Notes: generated by a model from the letters alone, not told the origin. Positions 37,138-47,040 are shown, counted from the first letter of the stretch. The stretch is DNA of 64,000 nucleotides from Candidatus Omnitrophota bacterium (GCA_042571725.1 JBHPFN010000003.1:2245-66244), one strand, 5' to 3'. Numbers and translations: made by a program.

Positions 37138-38397
37138 TTACTTGAAATATTTTTGAGGATTACTGATTTTCCCTTCAATAACTGAAGCAACAACAGTTGC
37201 CGGAGAAGCTAGATAAATAAATGCGTTAGGGTTTCCCATCCTTCCCTTAAAGTTTCTGTTCGCTGTTGAAATCGCTGTTTCGTTATCAGCTAAAATACCT
37301 TCATGCGTTCCAACGCATGGTCCGCAACCTGGGTTGAGCACTACTCCACCAGCCCTAATAAATGTTTCAATGAAACCAAGCTTAAGGGCATCGAGGTAAA
37401 TTTTTCTCGATGCAGGCGCAACGATAAACTTTATTCCAGGCTTTACCTTTCTTCCTTTTAGCAACGTAGCTGCAACCTGTAAATCTTCTAATCTTCCGTT
37501 AGTGCAGGTTCCAAGGAATCCCTGATTAATGGGCTTTCCTGCAATGCGATTGACAGCAACTACATTATCCACAGTGTGAGGACGCGCTATTTGGGGCAGT
37601 AGTTTGGAAACATCATATTTGATAATTTTTTCATATCGCGCGTCTTTATCTGCTTTCTGCGGATTGCCCTGTTTATTTATACCATGTCTTTTAAGCCATG
37701 TAAATGTTTTACTATTACTTTCAAAAAGGCCTGCTTTCGCACCCATTTCTACAACCATATTTGCAATGGTCAATCTGCCTTCAACGCTCAGCGCCCTTAC
37801 CGTTTCACCGTAAAACTCAACCGCTTTATAGGTACATCCATTTGCACCTACATCCCCGATTATATGCAAGATTATATCTTTTGCAAAAACACCCTTAGGG
37901 AGCTTGCCCTCAACGATAATCTTTATTGTCTCTGGAACTCGAAACCAGTTTTTACCTGAAGCTAAGGTGATTGCTAAATCGGTAGAGCCAACGCCCGTCG
38001 AGAAAACATTAAGCGCTCCGTAGCTACAAGTGTGAGAATCAGCTCCTAAAACAAGCATGCCCGGTAATACAGAGCCACTTTCAGGGATAACCTGGTGACA
38101 TATCCCGCATCCGATATCAAATAACGATAGGTTGAATTCGCTCGCGAAGTTAGTCATTTTTTTGTGTACTTTTGAAACTCGTTGGCTAGGACTGGGGGCA
38201 TTATGGTCAATTACCATGCAGAATTTGCTTCTATTGAAAAGTTTTTTCACTCCCAGCTCTTTTATTCGATCTACAATAAGCATACTGGTGCCATCTTGTC
38301 CAAAGCAAAAATCTACATCGCATACTGCATAGTCGCCTGCGTGTAGATCTTTATGTGCGTGAGCGCTTAGGATTTTTTCTGCAATTGTTTTACCCAT
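37138..38397 (-). CDS. Aconitase-family large subunit (LeuC/HacA type)
   Basis: 419 aa. MGKTIAEKIL is the N-terminus. The Fe-S Cys ligands lie in GADSHTC and CGPCVG contexts. Confidence 0.85.
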   Translation of the reverse strand: MGKTIAEKILSAHAHKDLHAGDYAVCDVDFCFGQDGTSMLIVDRIKELGVKKLFNRSKFCMVIDHNAPSPSQRVSKVHKKMTNFASEFNLSLFDIGCGICHQVIPESGSVLPGMLVLGADSHTCSYGALNVFSTGVGSTDLAITLASGKNWFRVPETIKIIVEGKLPKGVFAKDIILHIIGDVGANGCTYKAVEFYGETVRALSVEGRLTIANMVVEMGAKAGLFESNSKTFTWLKRHGINKQGNPQKADKDARYEKIIKYDVSKLLPQIARPHTVDNVVAVNRIAGKPINQGFLGTCTNGRLEDLQVAATLLKGRKVKPGIKFIVAPASRKIYLDALKLGFIETFIRAGGVVLNPGCGPCVGTHEGILADNETAISTANRNFKGRMGNPNAFIYLASPATVVASVIEGKISNPQKYFK

Positions 38398-39542
38398 GCC
38401 TCAAGGCGATCCATTCCTTTTTCAATATTTTCTAAGTTAGTGGCGAAGCTCATGCGAACCCACCCTTCTTTACCAAACCCAATTCCTGGAATGAGTGCAA
38501 CTTTTTTTTCTTCAAGAAATTTCTTTGCAAAATTTTTAGTATCGTTTGATATTTTCGAAATGTCGCAAAATACATAAAATGCTCCCAGCGGTTTACAATA
38601 TGCAATATTTTTTATTCCATCTAAACGGGATAGTATGTAGTCACGCCTTTTTTCAAACTCAGACCGCATCTGTTCAATTTGCTCAGCAGGAAGCTGGAGG
38701 GCTTGCAGAGCTGCTTTTTGACTTATTGATGCGGGGTTAGAGGTAGAGTGATCCTGAATCTTTTTTATTGCTTTAGCAATTTCGAGAGGAGCACCCAAAT
38801 AGCCAATTCTCCAACCGGTCATGGAATATGCCTTTGATACGCCATTTACCGTTATTGTCTGTTGCAATATTTTATCGTTAAATGAACCAATCGACACATG
38901 TTTTATATTGTCGTAGATCAATTTCTCGTAGATCTCATCGCTTATAACAAGGATTTTTTTATTTACACAAATATCCGCAATCTCTTTTAATTCTGCCGCA
39001 TCATATATGCAGCCTGTTGGATTAGATGGCGAGTTTAAAATTAATGCTTTAGTCTTTTTTGTAATGAGTCCTAATAAATCTTTCGGCTGAATCTTGAAGT
39101 TATTTTTTTCTGTTGTTTCGACAAATACGGCTGTGGCCGCTGAAAGTTTAGCCATTTCAGGGTAGCTAACCCAATAAGGCCTTGGAATAATTACTTCATC
39201 ATTCTCTTGAGCGATCGCCTGCAGAATGTTATAAAGACAATGCTTTGCGCCCGAGCCAACAATAATTTGTTCGGGTGAATATTGCAGTCCATTTTCACGC
39301 TTAAATTTTAATGAAATTTCTTCTCGTAGGGAGGGAAAACCGATTGAGGGAGTGTATTTGGTAAAGCCTTCGTCGATTGCTTTTTTTGCAGCGTTTTTTA
39401 TTTCCTGAGGCGTATCAAAGTCAGGTTCTCCCGCAGCAAAATTGACAACATCATGCCCTTCGCTTTTTAATTTCTTGGCGAGGGCTGTGACTTCAAGAGT
39501 TGCAGATGGGGAGACATTAAGAACCCGTTTTGATAGATACAT
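38367..39542 (-). CDS. Class I PLP aminotransferase (aspartate aminotransferase Ib-like)
   Basis: 391 aa. SPSATL, AAGEPDFDTP, TKYTP and SKAYSMTGWRIGY (PLP Lys) are present. It overlaps the start of the leuC-like gene by 31 nt. Confidence 0.85.
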   Translation of the reverse strand: MYLSKRVLNVSPSATLEVTALAKKLKSEGHDVVNFAAGEPDFDTPQEIKNAAKKAIDEGFTKYTPSIGFPSLREEISLKFKRENGLQYSPEQIIVGSGAKHCLYNILQAIAQENDEVIIPRPYWVSYPEMAKLSAATAVFVETTEKNNFKIQPKDLLGLITKKTKALILNSPSNPTGCIYDAAELKEIADICVNKKILVISDEIYEKLIYDNIKHVSIGSFNDKILQQTITVNGVSKAYSMTGWRIGYLGAPLEIAKAIKKIQDHSTSNPASISQKAALQALQLPAEQIEQMRSEFEKRRDYILSRLDGIKNIAYCKPLGAFYVFCDISKISNDTKNFAKKFLEEKKVALIPGIGFGKEGWVRMSFATNLENIEKGMDRLEAWVKQLQKKS

Positions 39543-39557
39543 TCTTTTTTAATGTAG

Positions 39558-40172
39558 CTAGAGTGAATCTTTGTCTTTTTTAATGAATTTTCGCAAACCA
39601 CTGAAAAACTTCTTCTTGGTTTTTTCTTCTTTTTCCTGCGGTATTTCTTTTTTTGTTTCTTCTTTTTTAAGCTTCTCTTCTTTTTTGGGCGGTTTCTTTG
39701 CCTCTTGCGTTGGCTTCGGTGTATCTTTTTCAGGAAGAGGCTTTTTTTCTTTCGCTGGAGGCTTTTGAGCTGATTCTTTTTCTGCTGTTTTCTCTTTTTT
39801 GGCCTTCTTTTTTGGTTTTAATTGTGTAAACTCAAAAATCACTTTCTCAGCATTATCGCCTCGTCTGTTGTTGAGATTTAATATTCTGGTATAGCCGCCG
39901 CTTCGATCCTTAAATCTGGGTGCAATCTCTGAAAACAGCAAGCTAACTAAGCGATGATCCTGAAGTTTTTTAAATGCAATCCTTCTAGCAGCGAGCGTAT
40001 CTTTCTTGCCTAAAGTGATGAGGCTTTCTACCGAGCTTCTTGTTGCTTTCGCTTTATCCTTGGTGGTTCGAATGCTTTCATAGGTGATAATGGCTCGTGA
40101 AATGTCTCGAATAGTTGCTTTTCGTAGACTGCTATTTCTATTTAAGTGACCCGTTGCTTTTCTATGCCTCAT
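39558..40172 (-). CDS. rplQ: 50S ribosomal protein L17 with about 85-aa K/E/P-rich C-terminal extension
   Basis: MRHRKATGHLNRNSSLRKA... is the L17 core to about residue 118, followed by a low-complexity tail to residue 204. Confidence 0.93.
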   Translation of the reverse strand: MRHRKATGHLNRNSSLRKATIRDISRAIITYESIRTTKDKAKATRSSVESLITLGKKDTLAARRIAFKKLQDHRLVSLLFSEIAPRFKDRSGGYTRILNLNNRRGDNAEKVIFEFTQLKPKKKAKKEKTAEKESAQKPPAKEKKPLPEKDTPKPTQEAKKPPKKEEKLKKEETKKEIPQEKEEKTKKKFFSGLRKFIKKDKDSL

Positions 40173-40173
40173 A

Positions 40174-41166
40174 TTATTTCTTCTCTCTTAATTTTTTTGT
40201 ATCGACTTTCATTCCCAGGGATAGTCCCATGCCTTTTAATAACTCGCCTATTTCTGTCAGAGATTTTTTTCCGAAGTTTCTAAAGCCGAGGAGTTCGCTC
40301 TCTTGCTTTTTGACTAAATCTCCGATGAGTTTGATATTCGCCTCTCGTAAACAATTCGCGCTTCTTACCGAAAGTTCCAATTCAGAAATCGGCAGTCGCA
40401 ATTTGCCGTAGAGCTCTTTTTCTTCTGCTGAAATTTCTTCTTCTTCCTCTTCTTCTTCTGGAAGCTGGCCAAAATTCACAAATACATCCAGATGTCTCTG
40501 AAGCATGTGAGCTCCGTAGAGAACGGCGTCTTTTGGAGCTATACCGCCGTTAGTCCACACTTCTAGGATTAACCGATCATAATCTGTTCTTTGGCCCACG
40601 CGAGTATTCTCTGAATGGAAGTTCACTTTCATTATAGGCGTAAAAACTGAATCTACAGGAATAACTCCTATAGGTTGGTCTTCCCTTTTGTTTGTTTCCG
40701 CCGTAACATAGCCTCTTCCTTTTGCAACTTCCAACTCTACATTAAACTTAGTATTTTGAGTCAATGTGGCGATATGTAGATCAGGGTTGATAATTTCAAT
40801 TGTCTCGTCAGTTATGATGTCTTTTGCTTTTACCTCGCCCTTTTTGTTAGCTTTTATGTATATCGTTTTGGGTGTTTTTGCGTGTGAGCGCAATACCAGT
40901 GACTTAATGTTGAGAATAATATCAGTCACGTCCTCAAGAACTCCGGGAATTGTTGCAAATTCATGGAGTGGTCCGTCAAACTTTACTGATGTAACCGCAC
41001 TGCCTTCAATAGACGAAAGCAAAATACGACGAAGTGAATTTCCTAACGTAACGCCGTAACCTCTCTCAAACGGCTCTGCGATAAATTTACCATAGCTTCC
41101 CGTAAGAGTTGTTTCTTCGCATTCGAGTCTTTTGGGCATCTGGAAATCTTTCCATTTAATCCCCAT
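40174..41166 (-). CDS. rpoA: DNA-directed RNA polymerase subunit alpha
   Basis: 330 aa. GVTLGNSLRRILLSS is in the NTD and ELSVRSANCL in the CTD. The linker contains EEEEEEEE. Confidence 0.96.
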   Translation of the reverse strand: MGIKWKDFQMPKRLECEETTLTGSYGKFIAEPFERGYGVTLGNSLRRILLSSIEGSAVTSVKFDGPLHEFATIPGVLEDVTDIILNIKSLVLRSHAKTPKTIYIKANKKGEVKAKDIITDETIEIINPDLHIATLTQNTKFNVELEVAKGRGYVTAETNKREDQPIGVIPVDSVFTPIMKVNFHSENTRVGQRTDYDRLILEVWTNGGIAPKDAVLYGAHMLQRHLDVFVNFGQLPEEEEEEEEISAEEKELYGKLRLPISELELSVRSANCLREANIKLIGDLVKKQESELLGFRNFGKKSLTEIGELLKGMGLSLGMKVDTKKLREKK

Positions 41167-41206
41167 GCTTTACCTCCTGCATCGTTATCTATCTGTTAAA
41201 AGTAAA

Positions 41207-41833
41207 TTACTTCGAATATAACTCAACGATCAAGTGTTCTTGAATCGGTAACTGGATATCTCCTCGAGAAGGAATGTGAATCACTTTGCCTTTTAACGCT
41301 TCCTCATCGAGCTCAAGCCAATCGGGAATGCCCCGATCTTTGCACGCTTCAACTGATGCTTTAAAACCTTTTCTCTTTTTTTCGTTTGATTTTACTGAAA
41401 TAACGTCGTTGGCTTTTATAAGATAAGAAGGTATATTTACCTTTCGCTCATTGACTAGAATATGACCGTGTCGTACAATTTGTCGAGCCTGAGTCCGTGA
41501 CGCTGCCATATGAAGATTAAAAATAACGTTATCCAGCCTACGTTCAAGTATCTGGAGTAGGATTTCTCCAGTGTTTCCTTTAGACGTAGCTGCCTTTTTG
41601 AAATATTTACGGAATTGTTTCTCGAGTACCCCATAAATTCTTTTTGCTTTTTGCTTTTCGCGTAACTGCTGGGCATAGTTAGAAGCTTTTGACCGCCTTT
41701 GTCCATGCTGGCCTGGCGCAAACTGCCTTTTATTGAGCACGCATTTATCGGTGTAACACTTTTTCCCCTTCAGGAAAAGCTTCATCATTTCTCTTCTACA
41801 CAGTCTACAACTTGGTCCAGTATACCGAGCCAT
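41207..41833 (-). CDS. rpsD: 30S ribosomal protein S4
   Basis: 208 aa. MARYTGPSCRLCRREMMKLFLKGKKC is the N-terminus. Confidence 0.96.
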   Translation of the reverse strand: MARYTGPSCRLCRREMMKLFLKGKKCYTDKCVLNKRQFAPGQHGQRRSKASNYAQQLREKQKAKRIYGVLEKQFRKYFKKAATSKGNTGEILLQILERRLDNVIFNLHMAASRTQARQIVRHGHILVNERKVNIPSYLIKANDVISVKSNEKKRKGFKASVEACKDRGIPDWLELDEEALKGKVIHIPSRGDIQLPIQEHLIVELYSK

Positions 41834-41852
41834 TACTTCATTTCCTTTCTAT

Positions 41853-42239
41853 CTATACCCTTCTGCGTTTTCTACCTCTACATCCATTATGAGGGACGGG
41901 GGTTATGTCTTTGACTGAGGTAACATTTAATCCTGATGCCTGAAATGCTCTCACCGCAGCTTCTCTGCCAGACCCAGGACCCTTGACAAAAATTTGCACT
42001 TCCTGCATGCCCATTTCTTTTGATTTTTTTGCAGCATCGCTTGCTGCAATTTGGGCTGCAAACGGAGTCGACTTTTTAGATCCAGAAAATCCCATTACTC
42101 CTGGTGATGACCACACTAGCGTGTTTCCTTCTTTATCGGAGATAGTTATAATTGTATTATTAAACGTTGCCTGAATACGCACTATTCCACTCTGGACCTT
42201 GCGAACCGTTTTCTTTTTTGAGCGAGGCTTGTTTGCCAT
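41853..42239 (-). CDS. rpsK: 30S ribosomal protein S11
   Basis: 128 aa. [14 protein letters not shown] and [13 protein letters not shown] are present. Confidence 0.96.
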   Translation of the reverse strand: MANKPRSKKKTVRKVQSGIVRIQATFNNTIITISDKEGNTLVWSSPGVMGFSGSKKSTPFAAQIAASDAAKKSKEMGMQEVQIFVKGPGSGREAAVRAFQASGLNVTSVKDITPVPHNGCRGRKRRRV

Positions 42240-42261
42240 GTATATGCCTTTCGTAATATGA

Positions 42262-42636
42262 TTATTCTTTGTTTTTCATAGCGATTGATGATCTTTTGGG
42301 ACCTTTTCGTGTCCGAGCATTTGTTTTTGTGCGTTGACCCCGTGCAGGTAATCCTTTGCGATGCCTGGTTCCCCTGTAGCTTCCGATATCAATAAGGCGT
42401 TTAATGCTTTGAGAGATCTCTCTGCGTAAGTCTCCTTCGAGTCTGTAGCTTTTTTGAATCACAGCTACTATTTTTGAAGTTTCTTCGTCAGAAACGTCTT
42501 TTGATCTCTTGTTTGGATCTACTTGAGCCTCTTGAAGGATTTTGTTCGAGCGAACGCGCCCTACGCCATAAATATACGTAAGGGCAATAACAATTTTCTT
42601 TTCTTTTGGTAAATCAATACCTAGTATTCTTGGCAT
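42262..42636 (-). CDS. rpsM: 30S ribosomal protein S13
   Basis: 124 aa. [26 protein letters not shown] is the N-terminus. Confidence 0.96.
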   Translation of the reverse strand: MPRILGIDLPKEKKIVIALTYIYGVGRVRSNKILQEAQVDPNKRSKDVSDEETSKIVAVIQKSYRLEGDLRREISQSIKRLIDIGSYRGTRHRKGLPARGQRTKTNARTRKGPKRSSIAMKNKE

Positions 42637-42638
42637 AA

Positions 42639-42752
42639 TTATCCCTGTTTTTGTTTATGTTTTGGATTAATACAGATTACGCGTAATACGCCTTTGCGTC
42701 TGATAATCTTACATTTTCCACAAATTTTTTTGACTGACGATTTGACTTTCAT
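42639..42752 (-). CDS. rpmJ: 50S ribosomal protein L36 (zinc form)
   Basis: 37 aa, below the ORF-track cut-off. Hand translation gives [37 protein letters not shown]. It lies between infA and rpsM. Confidence 0.92.
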   Translation of the reverse strand: MKVKSSVKKICGKCKIIRRKGVLRVICINPKHKQKQG

Positions 42753-42757
42753 ATAGG

Positions 42758-42976
42758 TTATTTCCCTCGATAAGTAATTCTTCCACGATTTAAGTCATAG
42801 GGTGATAATTCCAGCTTTACCTTGTCTCCAGGCAAGATGCGTATGAAATGCATCCTGATTTTTCCCGAGATGTGAGCTAATACCACGTGTTCGTTGTCCA
42901 ACTTTACTTTAAACATGGCATTGGGCAACGCTTCGACTACTACTCCTTCAACCTCAATGGCTTCTTCTTTGGCCAT
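42758..42976 (-). CDS. infA: Translation initiation factor IF-1
   Basis: 72 aa. [24 protein letters not shown]...GRITYR is present. Confidence 0.96.
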   Translation of the reverse strand: MAKEEAIEVEGVVVEALPNAMFKVKLDNEHVVLAHISGKIRMHFIRILPGDKVKLELSPYDLNRGRITYRGK

Positions 42977-42985
42977 GGTCTTACC

Positions 42986-43729
42986 TTATTGAGTTAAAAT
43001 TATTGGTTTATCTTTTGTGATTGCTATCGTATGTTCAAAATGAGCAGAAAACGCCCTGTCTCTTGTAATCGCTGTCCAGCCATTATCTAGAATTTCAACT
43101 TCGTATGTCCCCATATTAACCATGGGTTCTATTGCAAGCGTCATTCCTTCTTGAAGCTGTGGTCCAGAGTGCGGTCTGCCGAAATTAGGCACTTCTGGCT
43201 CTTCGTGCATGGACGTACCTATGCCGTGTCCTACAAAATCTCTCACCACAGAAAAACCGTTTGCCTCTACGTGATTTTGAATTGCGCTGGAGATATCTGA
43301 AAGATAATTACCCTGTACGGCTTTATTAATTCCTTTATACAGTGATTCCCTGGTAACATCAACCAGCTTTTTTAATTTGCCATTGAGCATTCCAATTGGT
43401 TGGGTGATCGCCGCATCAGCAAAATAGCCTTCTCGCTCAACGCCAATATCGACGCTTACAATATCTCCTTGTTTGATAACCCTGCCTCCGGGGATCCCAT
43501 GAATTACTTCTTCGTTAACTGAAATACACGTGCTTGCAGGAAAGCCTCGATAACCTTTAAATGCTGGTTTACATCTATGTGAAGTTATTAATTCTTCGGA
43601 TAAGGAATCGATTTCCTGTGTTGTGACACCTTCTCTTAAGCTTTCTTTTACCTTCTCAATAATTTGATTAAGGATGCTGCCTGCTTTTTTCATTTTCTCG
43701 ATTTCTTGCGCCGATTTAATTGAAATCAT
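42986..43729 (-). CDS. map: Type I methionine aminopeptidase
   Basis: 247 aa. The pattern VCHGIP-like (VIHGIPG), DIGV, HGIG and EPM is present. Confidence 0.93.
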   Translation of the reverse strand: MISIKSAQEIEKMKKAGSILNQIIEKVKESLREGVTTQEIDSLSEELITSHRCKPAFKGYRGFPASTCISVNEEVIHGIPGGRVIKQGDIVSVDIGVEREGYFADAAITQPIGMLNGKLKKLVDVTRESLYKGINKAVQGNYLSDISSAIQNHVEANGFSVVRDFVGHGIGTSMHEEPEVPNFGRPHSGPQLQEGMTLAIEPMVNMGTYEVEILDNGWTAITRDRAFSAHFEHTIAITKDKPIILTQ

Positions 43730-44382
43730 AATAAGTTTTTATCCTTTAAAAGGACCAGCACTTCTTTGTTAACTTCTTCTGTTGTGTTGTTTGCATTTAC
43801 CTTAATGAGTTTATTGTTGTTGGTGTAAAACTTAAGTAAAGGAGAAATCTTTTCTAGGTACACATTAATTCTGTTTTCGATTGTTGCTCTTTTGTCGTCG
43901 GAACGCTGATAGAGTTCGCCTTTACAGTTATCGCATACCCCTTCTTTTTGGGAGGGCATATTTTTGATATGGAAGATTGCACCGCAATTTTTACACACCC
44001 TTCTTCCTTCAAGTCTTTCAATAATGATTTCTTTATCAGTATCGAAATACAGAACTGAATCAATTTCCTGTGATATTTCTTTGAGCGTTTTCTCTAATGC
44101 AATCGCCTGACTCTCAGCACGGGGAAAACCGTCTAAGATAAAACCCTCTGAGTTGTTGTTTGCGATTCGCTTTTTAATCATTTGGTTTACGATGTTATCA
44201 GGGACCAGTTCTCCGGCTTCCATGTAGTGCTGAGCTTGTTTTCCTAGCTCGGAACTCTTCTTTAGCTCCTCGCGCAACATATCGCCTGTAGAAATATGAG
44301 GAATGGTAAGTCGTTCGCTAAGCATTTTTGCTTGCGTTCCCTTTCCCGCACCAGGGGGACCTAATAGAATGAAGCGTTTCAT
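43726..44382 (-). CDS. adk: Adenylate kinase (Cys4 zinc lid)
   Basis: The start was moved to the ATG at 44382 (MKRFILLGPPGAGKGTQ), giving an ATGA overlap with secY. The lid is CKNC...CDNC. Confidence 0.94.
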   Translation of the reverse strand: MKRFILLGPPGAGKGTQAKMLSERLTIPHISTGDMLREELKKSSELGKQAQHYMEAGELVPDNIVNQMIKKRIANNNSEGFILDGFPRAESQAIALEKTLKEISQEIDSVLYFDTDKEIIIERLEGRRVCKNCGAIFHIKNMPSQKEGVCDNCKGELYQRSDDKRATIENRINVYLEKISPLLKFYTNNNKLIKVNANNTTEEVNKEVLVLLKDKNLL

Positions 44383-45725
44383 CGTCTTCCCCGCAACTGG
44401 CCAGTTTTCATGAACCCTTCGTAATTGCGCATCAATAAATGTGATTCGATTTGTTTCATTGTATCCAACATTACTCCAACGATAATAAGAATTCCTGTGC
44501 CTCCAAAAAACGAAGCGACTAAATACGGAACTTTTAACCATGCCATGACAAAATCGGGAAACGTTGCGATAAACACAATAAATAATGCTCCTGCCAGGGT
44601 GATTCTTGTCATTACAAAATCTAAATAACCCGCAGTAGGATTTCCTGGTCGAATTCCAGGAATAAAACCGCCGTATTTTTTCATATTTTCTGCAACATCA
44701 ACAGGGTTAAATACAATTGCAGTATAGAAGTAGCAGAAGAAAATAATAAGTCCAGCGTAAACAAGCGTATAGAGAACATGGCCCCTTTGAAGACCCTGCG
44801 CTATCGTTTGAAAAAGCGGATTAGGGATAAAAGCAGCAATTGTTGCCGGAAACATAATGATTGATTGAGCAAAGATGATTGAGATAACTCCGGCTGTATC
44901 GACTTTTAAAGGAATGTAGGTGCTTTGTCCCCCATACACTTTCCTACCTACAATACGCCGTGCATATTGCACGGGGATCTTGCGCTGACCTTGAGTGATA
45001 AATGTAACTGCCATAATAACCCCAACCAGCAATCCCACCATCACCAGCAGTGTAAAAGGTTCAATTTGTCTAGCGCTCGCGTCTTGAGGTGAAATTAAAA
45101 CGAATAATTGAAATATGGCTGTGGGAATCCGTGAGATGATACCTGCGGTGATTATCAAGGAGATGCCGTTTCCGATACCCCTTTCTTGAATTTGTTCACC
45201 AAGCCACATTAAAAATATTGTTCCACAAGAGAGGGTTGCCATAGTGACCAGGCGAAATCCCAATCCGGGAAATAGCACAATCTTTAAACCTTCAAACCGA
45301 GCAGGATTCTCAAGCCATAACGCTAGAAAATATGACTGAACAATACACAGAGCCACAGCACCGTATCTGGTATATTGATTAATTTTCTGATGCCCTGTGC
45401 GACCTTCTTTTGCCAGGCGTTCCAGCTGAGGAATAACTGCAGTGAGCAGTTGCATGATAATCGAACTTGAGATGTAAGGCATAATCCCCAGGCCGAAGAC
45501 AGTCATTCGCGCCATGGCACCACCAGAAAACATGTTCATGATGCCAAAAATAGTGCCCCCGCCAGAGGTGGAAAGTCGTTCGAAAAATTGAGAAAGAGCT
45601 GCTCCGTTAATCCCTGGCGTTGGAATAAAACACCCGATTCGATACACGATCAATAATGCCAGGGTGACAACAATCTTTTTTTTAAGCTCAGGGATTTTAA
45701 ATGCGTTCGCAAAGGCTTTAATCAT
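44379..45725 (-). CDS. secY: Preprotein translocase subunit SecY
   Basis: 448 aa with 10 TM segments. The pattern LGIMPYISSSIIMQLL is present. Confidence 0.96.
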   Translation of the reverse strand: MIKAFANAFKIPELKKKIVVTLALLIVYRIGCFIPTPGINGAALSQFFERLSTSGGGTIFGIMNMFSGGAMARMTVFGLGIMPYISSSIIMQLLTAVIPQLERLAKEGRTGHQKINQYTRYGAVALCIVQSYFLALWLENPARFEGLKIVLFPGLGFRLVTMATLSCGTIFLMWLGEQIQERGIGNGISLIITAGIISRIPTAIFQLFVLISPQDASARQIEPFTLLVMVGLLVGVIMAVTFITQGQRKIPVQYARRIVGRKVYGGQSTYIPLKVDTAGVISIIFAQSIIMFPATIAAFIPNPLFQTIAQGLQRGHVLYTLVYAGLIIFFCYFYTAIVFNPVDVAENMKKYGGFIPGIRPGNPTAGYLDFVMTRITLAGALFIVFIATFPDFVMAWLKVPYLVASFFGGTGILIIVGVMLDTMKQIESHLLMRNYEGFMKTGQLRGRR

Positions 45726-46167
45726 TGATTAAGTCTATTTTTCCACCAATCTTTTTAATTTTTTCAAGCGCATTCTTTGAAGCGCTGTGCACTTTTATTT
45801 CGATTGGTTGTTTTAGTTCACCCTTCCCTAGTAATTTCACGGGCTTATTTTTGCTTTTGATAATTCCGTAGGATTCTAAAAGTTCAAGCGTTACTACTGA
45901 ATCCTCTTTTTTTAGCCTATGCAAGTGTTCAATATTTACTATTTGAAATTCTTGGCGAGCTTTACGGTTAAAACCTCGCTTAGGAATCCTGCGAATCAAA
46001 GGTACCTGTCCGCCTTCAAATCCTAAAATAACCCCTCGGCCAGAACGAGCATTTTGACCCTTATGTCCTTTTCCAGAAGTTCCGCCATGTCCAGAACCAC
46101 TGCCTCTGCCAACGATTTTCGATCTTTTATTTGCTCCCCGGGGAGCCTTCAGTTCATGCAGTTTCAT
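45718..46167 (-). CDS. rplO: 50S ribosomal protein L15
   Basis: 149 aa. [38 protein letters not shown] is the N-terminus. Confidence 0.95.
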   Translation of the reverse strand: MKLHELKAPRGANKRSKIVGRGSGSGHGGTSGKGHKGQNARSGRGVILGFEGGQVPLIRRIPKRGFNRKARQEFQIVNIEHLHRLKKEDSVVTLELLESYGIIKSKNKPVKLLGKGELKQPIEIKVHSASKNALEKIKKIGGKIDLIND

Positions 46168-46675
46168 CTGTATTTTCCTTGTTCGCCTCTACGGGTTTCT
46201 CGCCTTCTTCAACTGGTGGTCTGGAGAGTGGCTTTAATTTTTGAAGACCATCGATTGTCGCCTTAATAACATTTGCGGGATTATTTGTTTTGAGGCATTT
46301 TGTTAAAATATCCTTTATTCCCGCAGCATCACAGACAGCCCGCACAGGGCCAGATGCAATAACACCAGTACCAGCCGAAGCCGGTTTCAATAACACTTTT
46401 GCAGCGCCATAATGGCCAATGATTTCATGAGTAATTGTTGTCTTTTTAAAAGGGACTAAAAACATATTTTTCTTTGCAGCTGCTAAGCCTTTTCTGATTG
46501 CATCAGCCACTTCATTGGCTTTACCAAGCGAAATGCCTACTTTTCCACGAGCATCTCCTACAACCACTAAGGCGCTAAAGGAAAGTTTTTTTCCGCCCTT
46601 AGTGACCTTGGTTACCCGGCTAATCTTTACGACTTTTTCAACAACTTCTTTATTTACATTATATCTATCAGCCAT
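46154..46675 (-). CDS. rpsE: 30S ribosomal protein S5
   Basis: 173 aa. [24 protein letters not shown] is present, with a short acidic C-terminal tail. It overlaps rplO by 14 nt, so there is no rpmD between them. Confidence 0.95.
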   Translation of the reverse strand: MADRYNVNKEVVEKVVKISRVTKVTKGGKKLSFSALVVVGDARGKVGISLGKANEVADAIRKGLAAAKKNMFLVPFKKTTITHEIIGHYGAAKVLLKPASAGTGVIASGPVRAVCDAAGIKDILTKCLKTNNPANVIKATIDGLQKLKPLSRPPVEEGEKPVEANKENTDETA

Positions 46676-47040
46676 TAGAACTCCAGCCCTTCTTTTCGCG
46701 CAGCGTCTGCGAGAGCTTTTACTTTTCCGTGATAGAGGTATCCGCCTCGATCAAAGGCAATTTTTTTAATACCTTTTTCTTTTGCCTTTTGGGCGAGCAA
46801 TTGCCCTAATGCTTCTGCTGCTTTAGTATTTCCGCCATATTTAATCTTCTGGCGCATTTCCTTATCGAACGTCGATGCGCTTACCAAAACTTTTCCTGTA
46901 GTATCATCAATAATCTGGGTACGAATATTTTTCAATCCACGAAATACATTAAGCCGCGGTCTCTCTGGAGAGCCTTTTAGTTTTGCTCTTAATCTTGCGT
47001 GCCTAATTTGTTTGACTGTTTTTCTTTTTGTATTCTTCAC
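46675..47040 (-). CDS. rplR: 50S ribosomal protein L18
   Basis: 121 aa. [19 protein letters not shown]...[26 protein letters not shown] is present. Confidence 0.95.
   Translation of the reverse strand: MKNTKRKTVKQIRHARLRAKLKGSPERPRLNVFRGLKNIRTQIIDDTTGKVLVSASTFDKEMRQKIKYGGNTKAAEALGQLLAQKAKEKGIKKIAFDRGGYLYHGKVKALADAARKEGLEF

Noticed and set aside
39571-39768. Repetitive-looking T/C-rich stretch that could be taken for a tandem repeat or an array
   Set aside because: It is the coding sequence of the Lys/Glu/Pro-rich L17 tail read on the opposite strand. It shows no repeat-spacer periodicity, and I saw no CRISPR-like structure anywhere in the window.
44383-44541. N-terminal extension of the adk ORF (271 aa in the track)
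   Set aside because: The extension overlaps the conserved 3' end of secY. The canonical MKRFILLGPPGAGKGTQ start at 44382 gives a normal 218-aa Adk. Similar over-extensions were trimmed for rplB (52459-52512), fusA (57753-57812) and aroQ (24136-24189).
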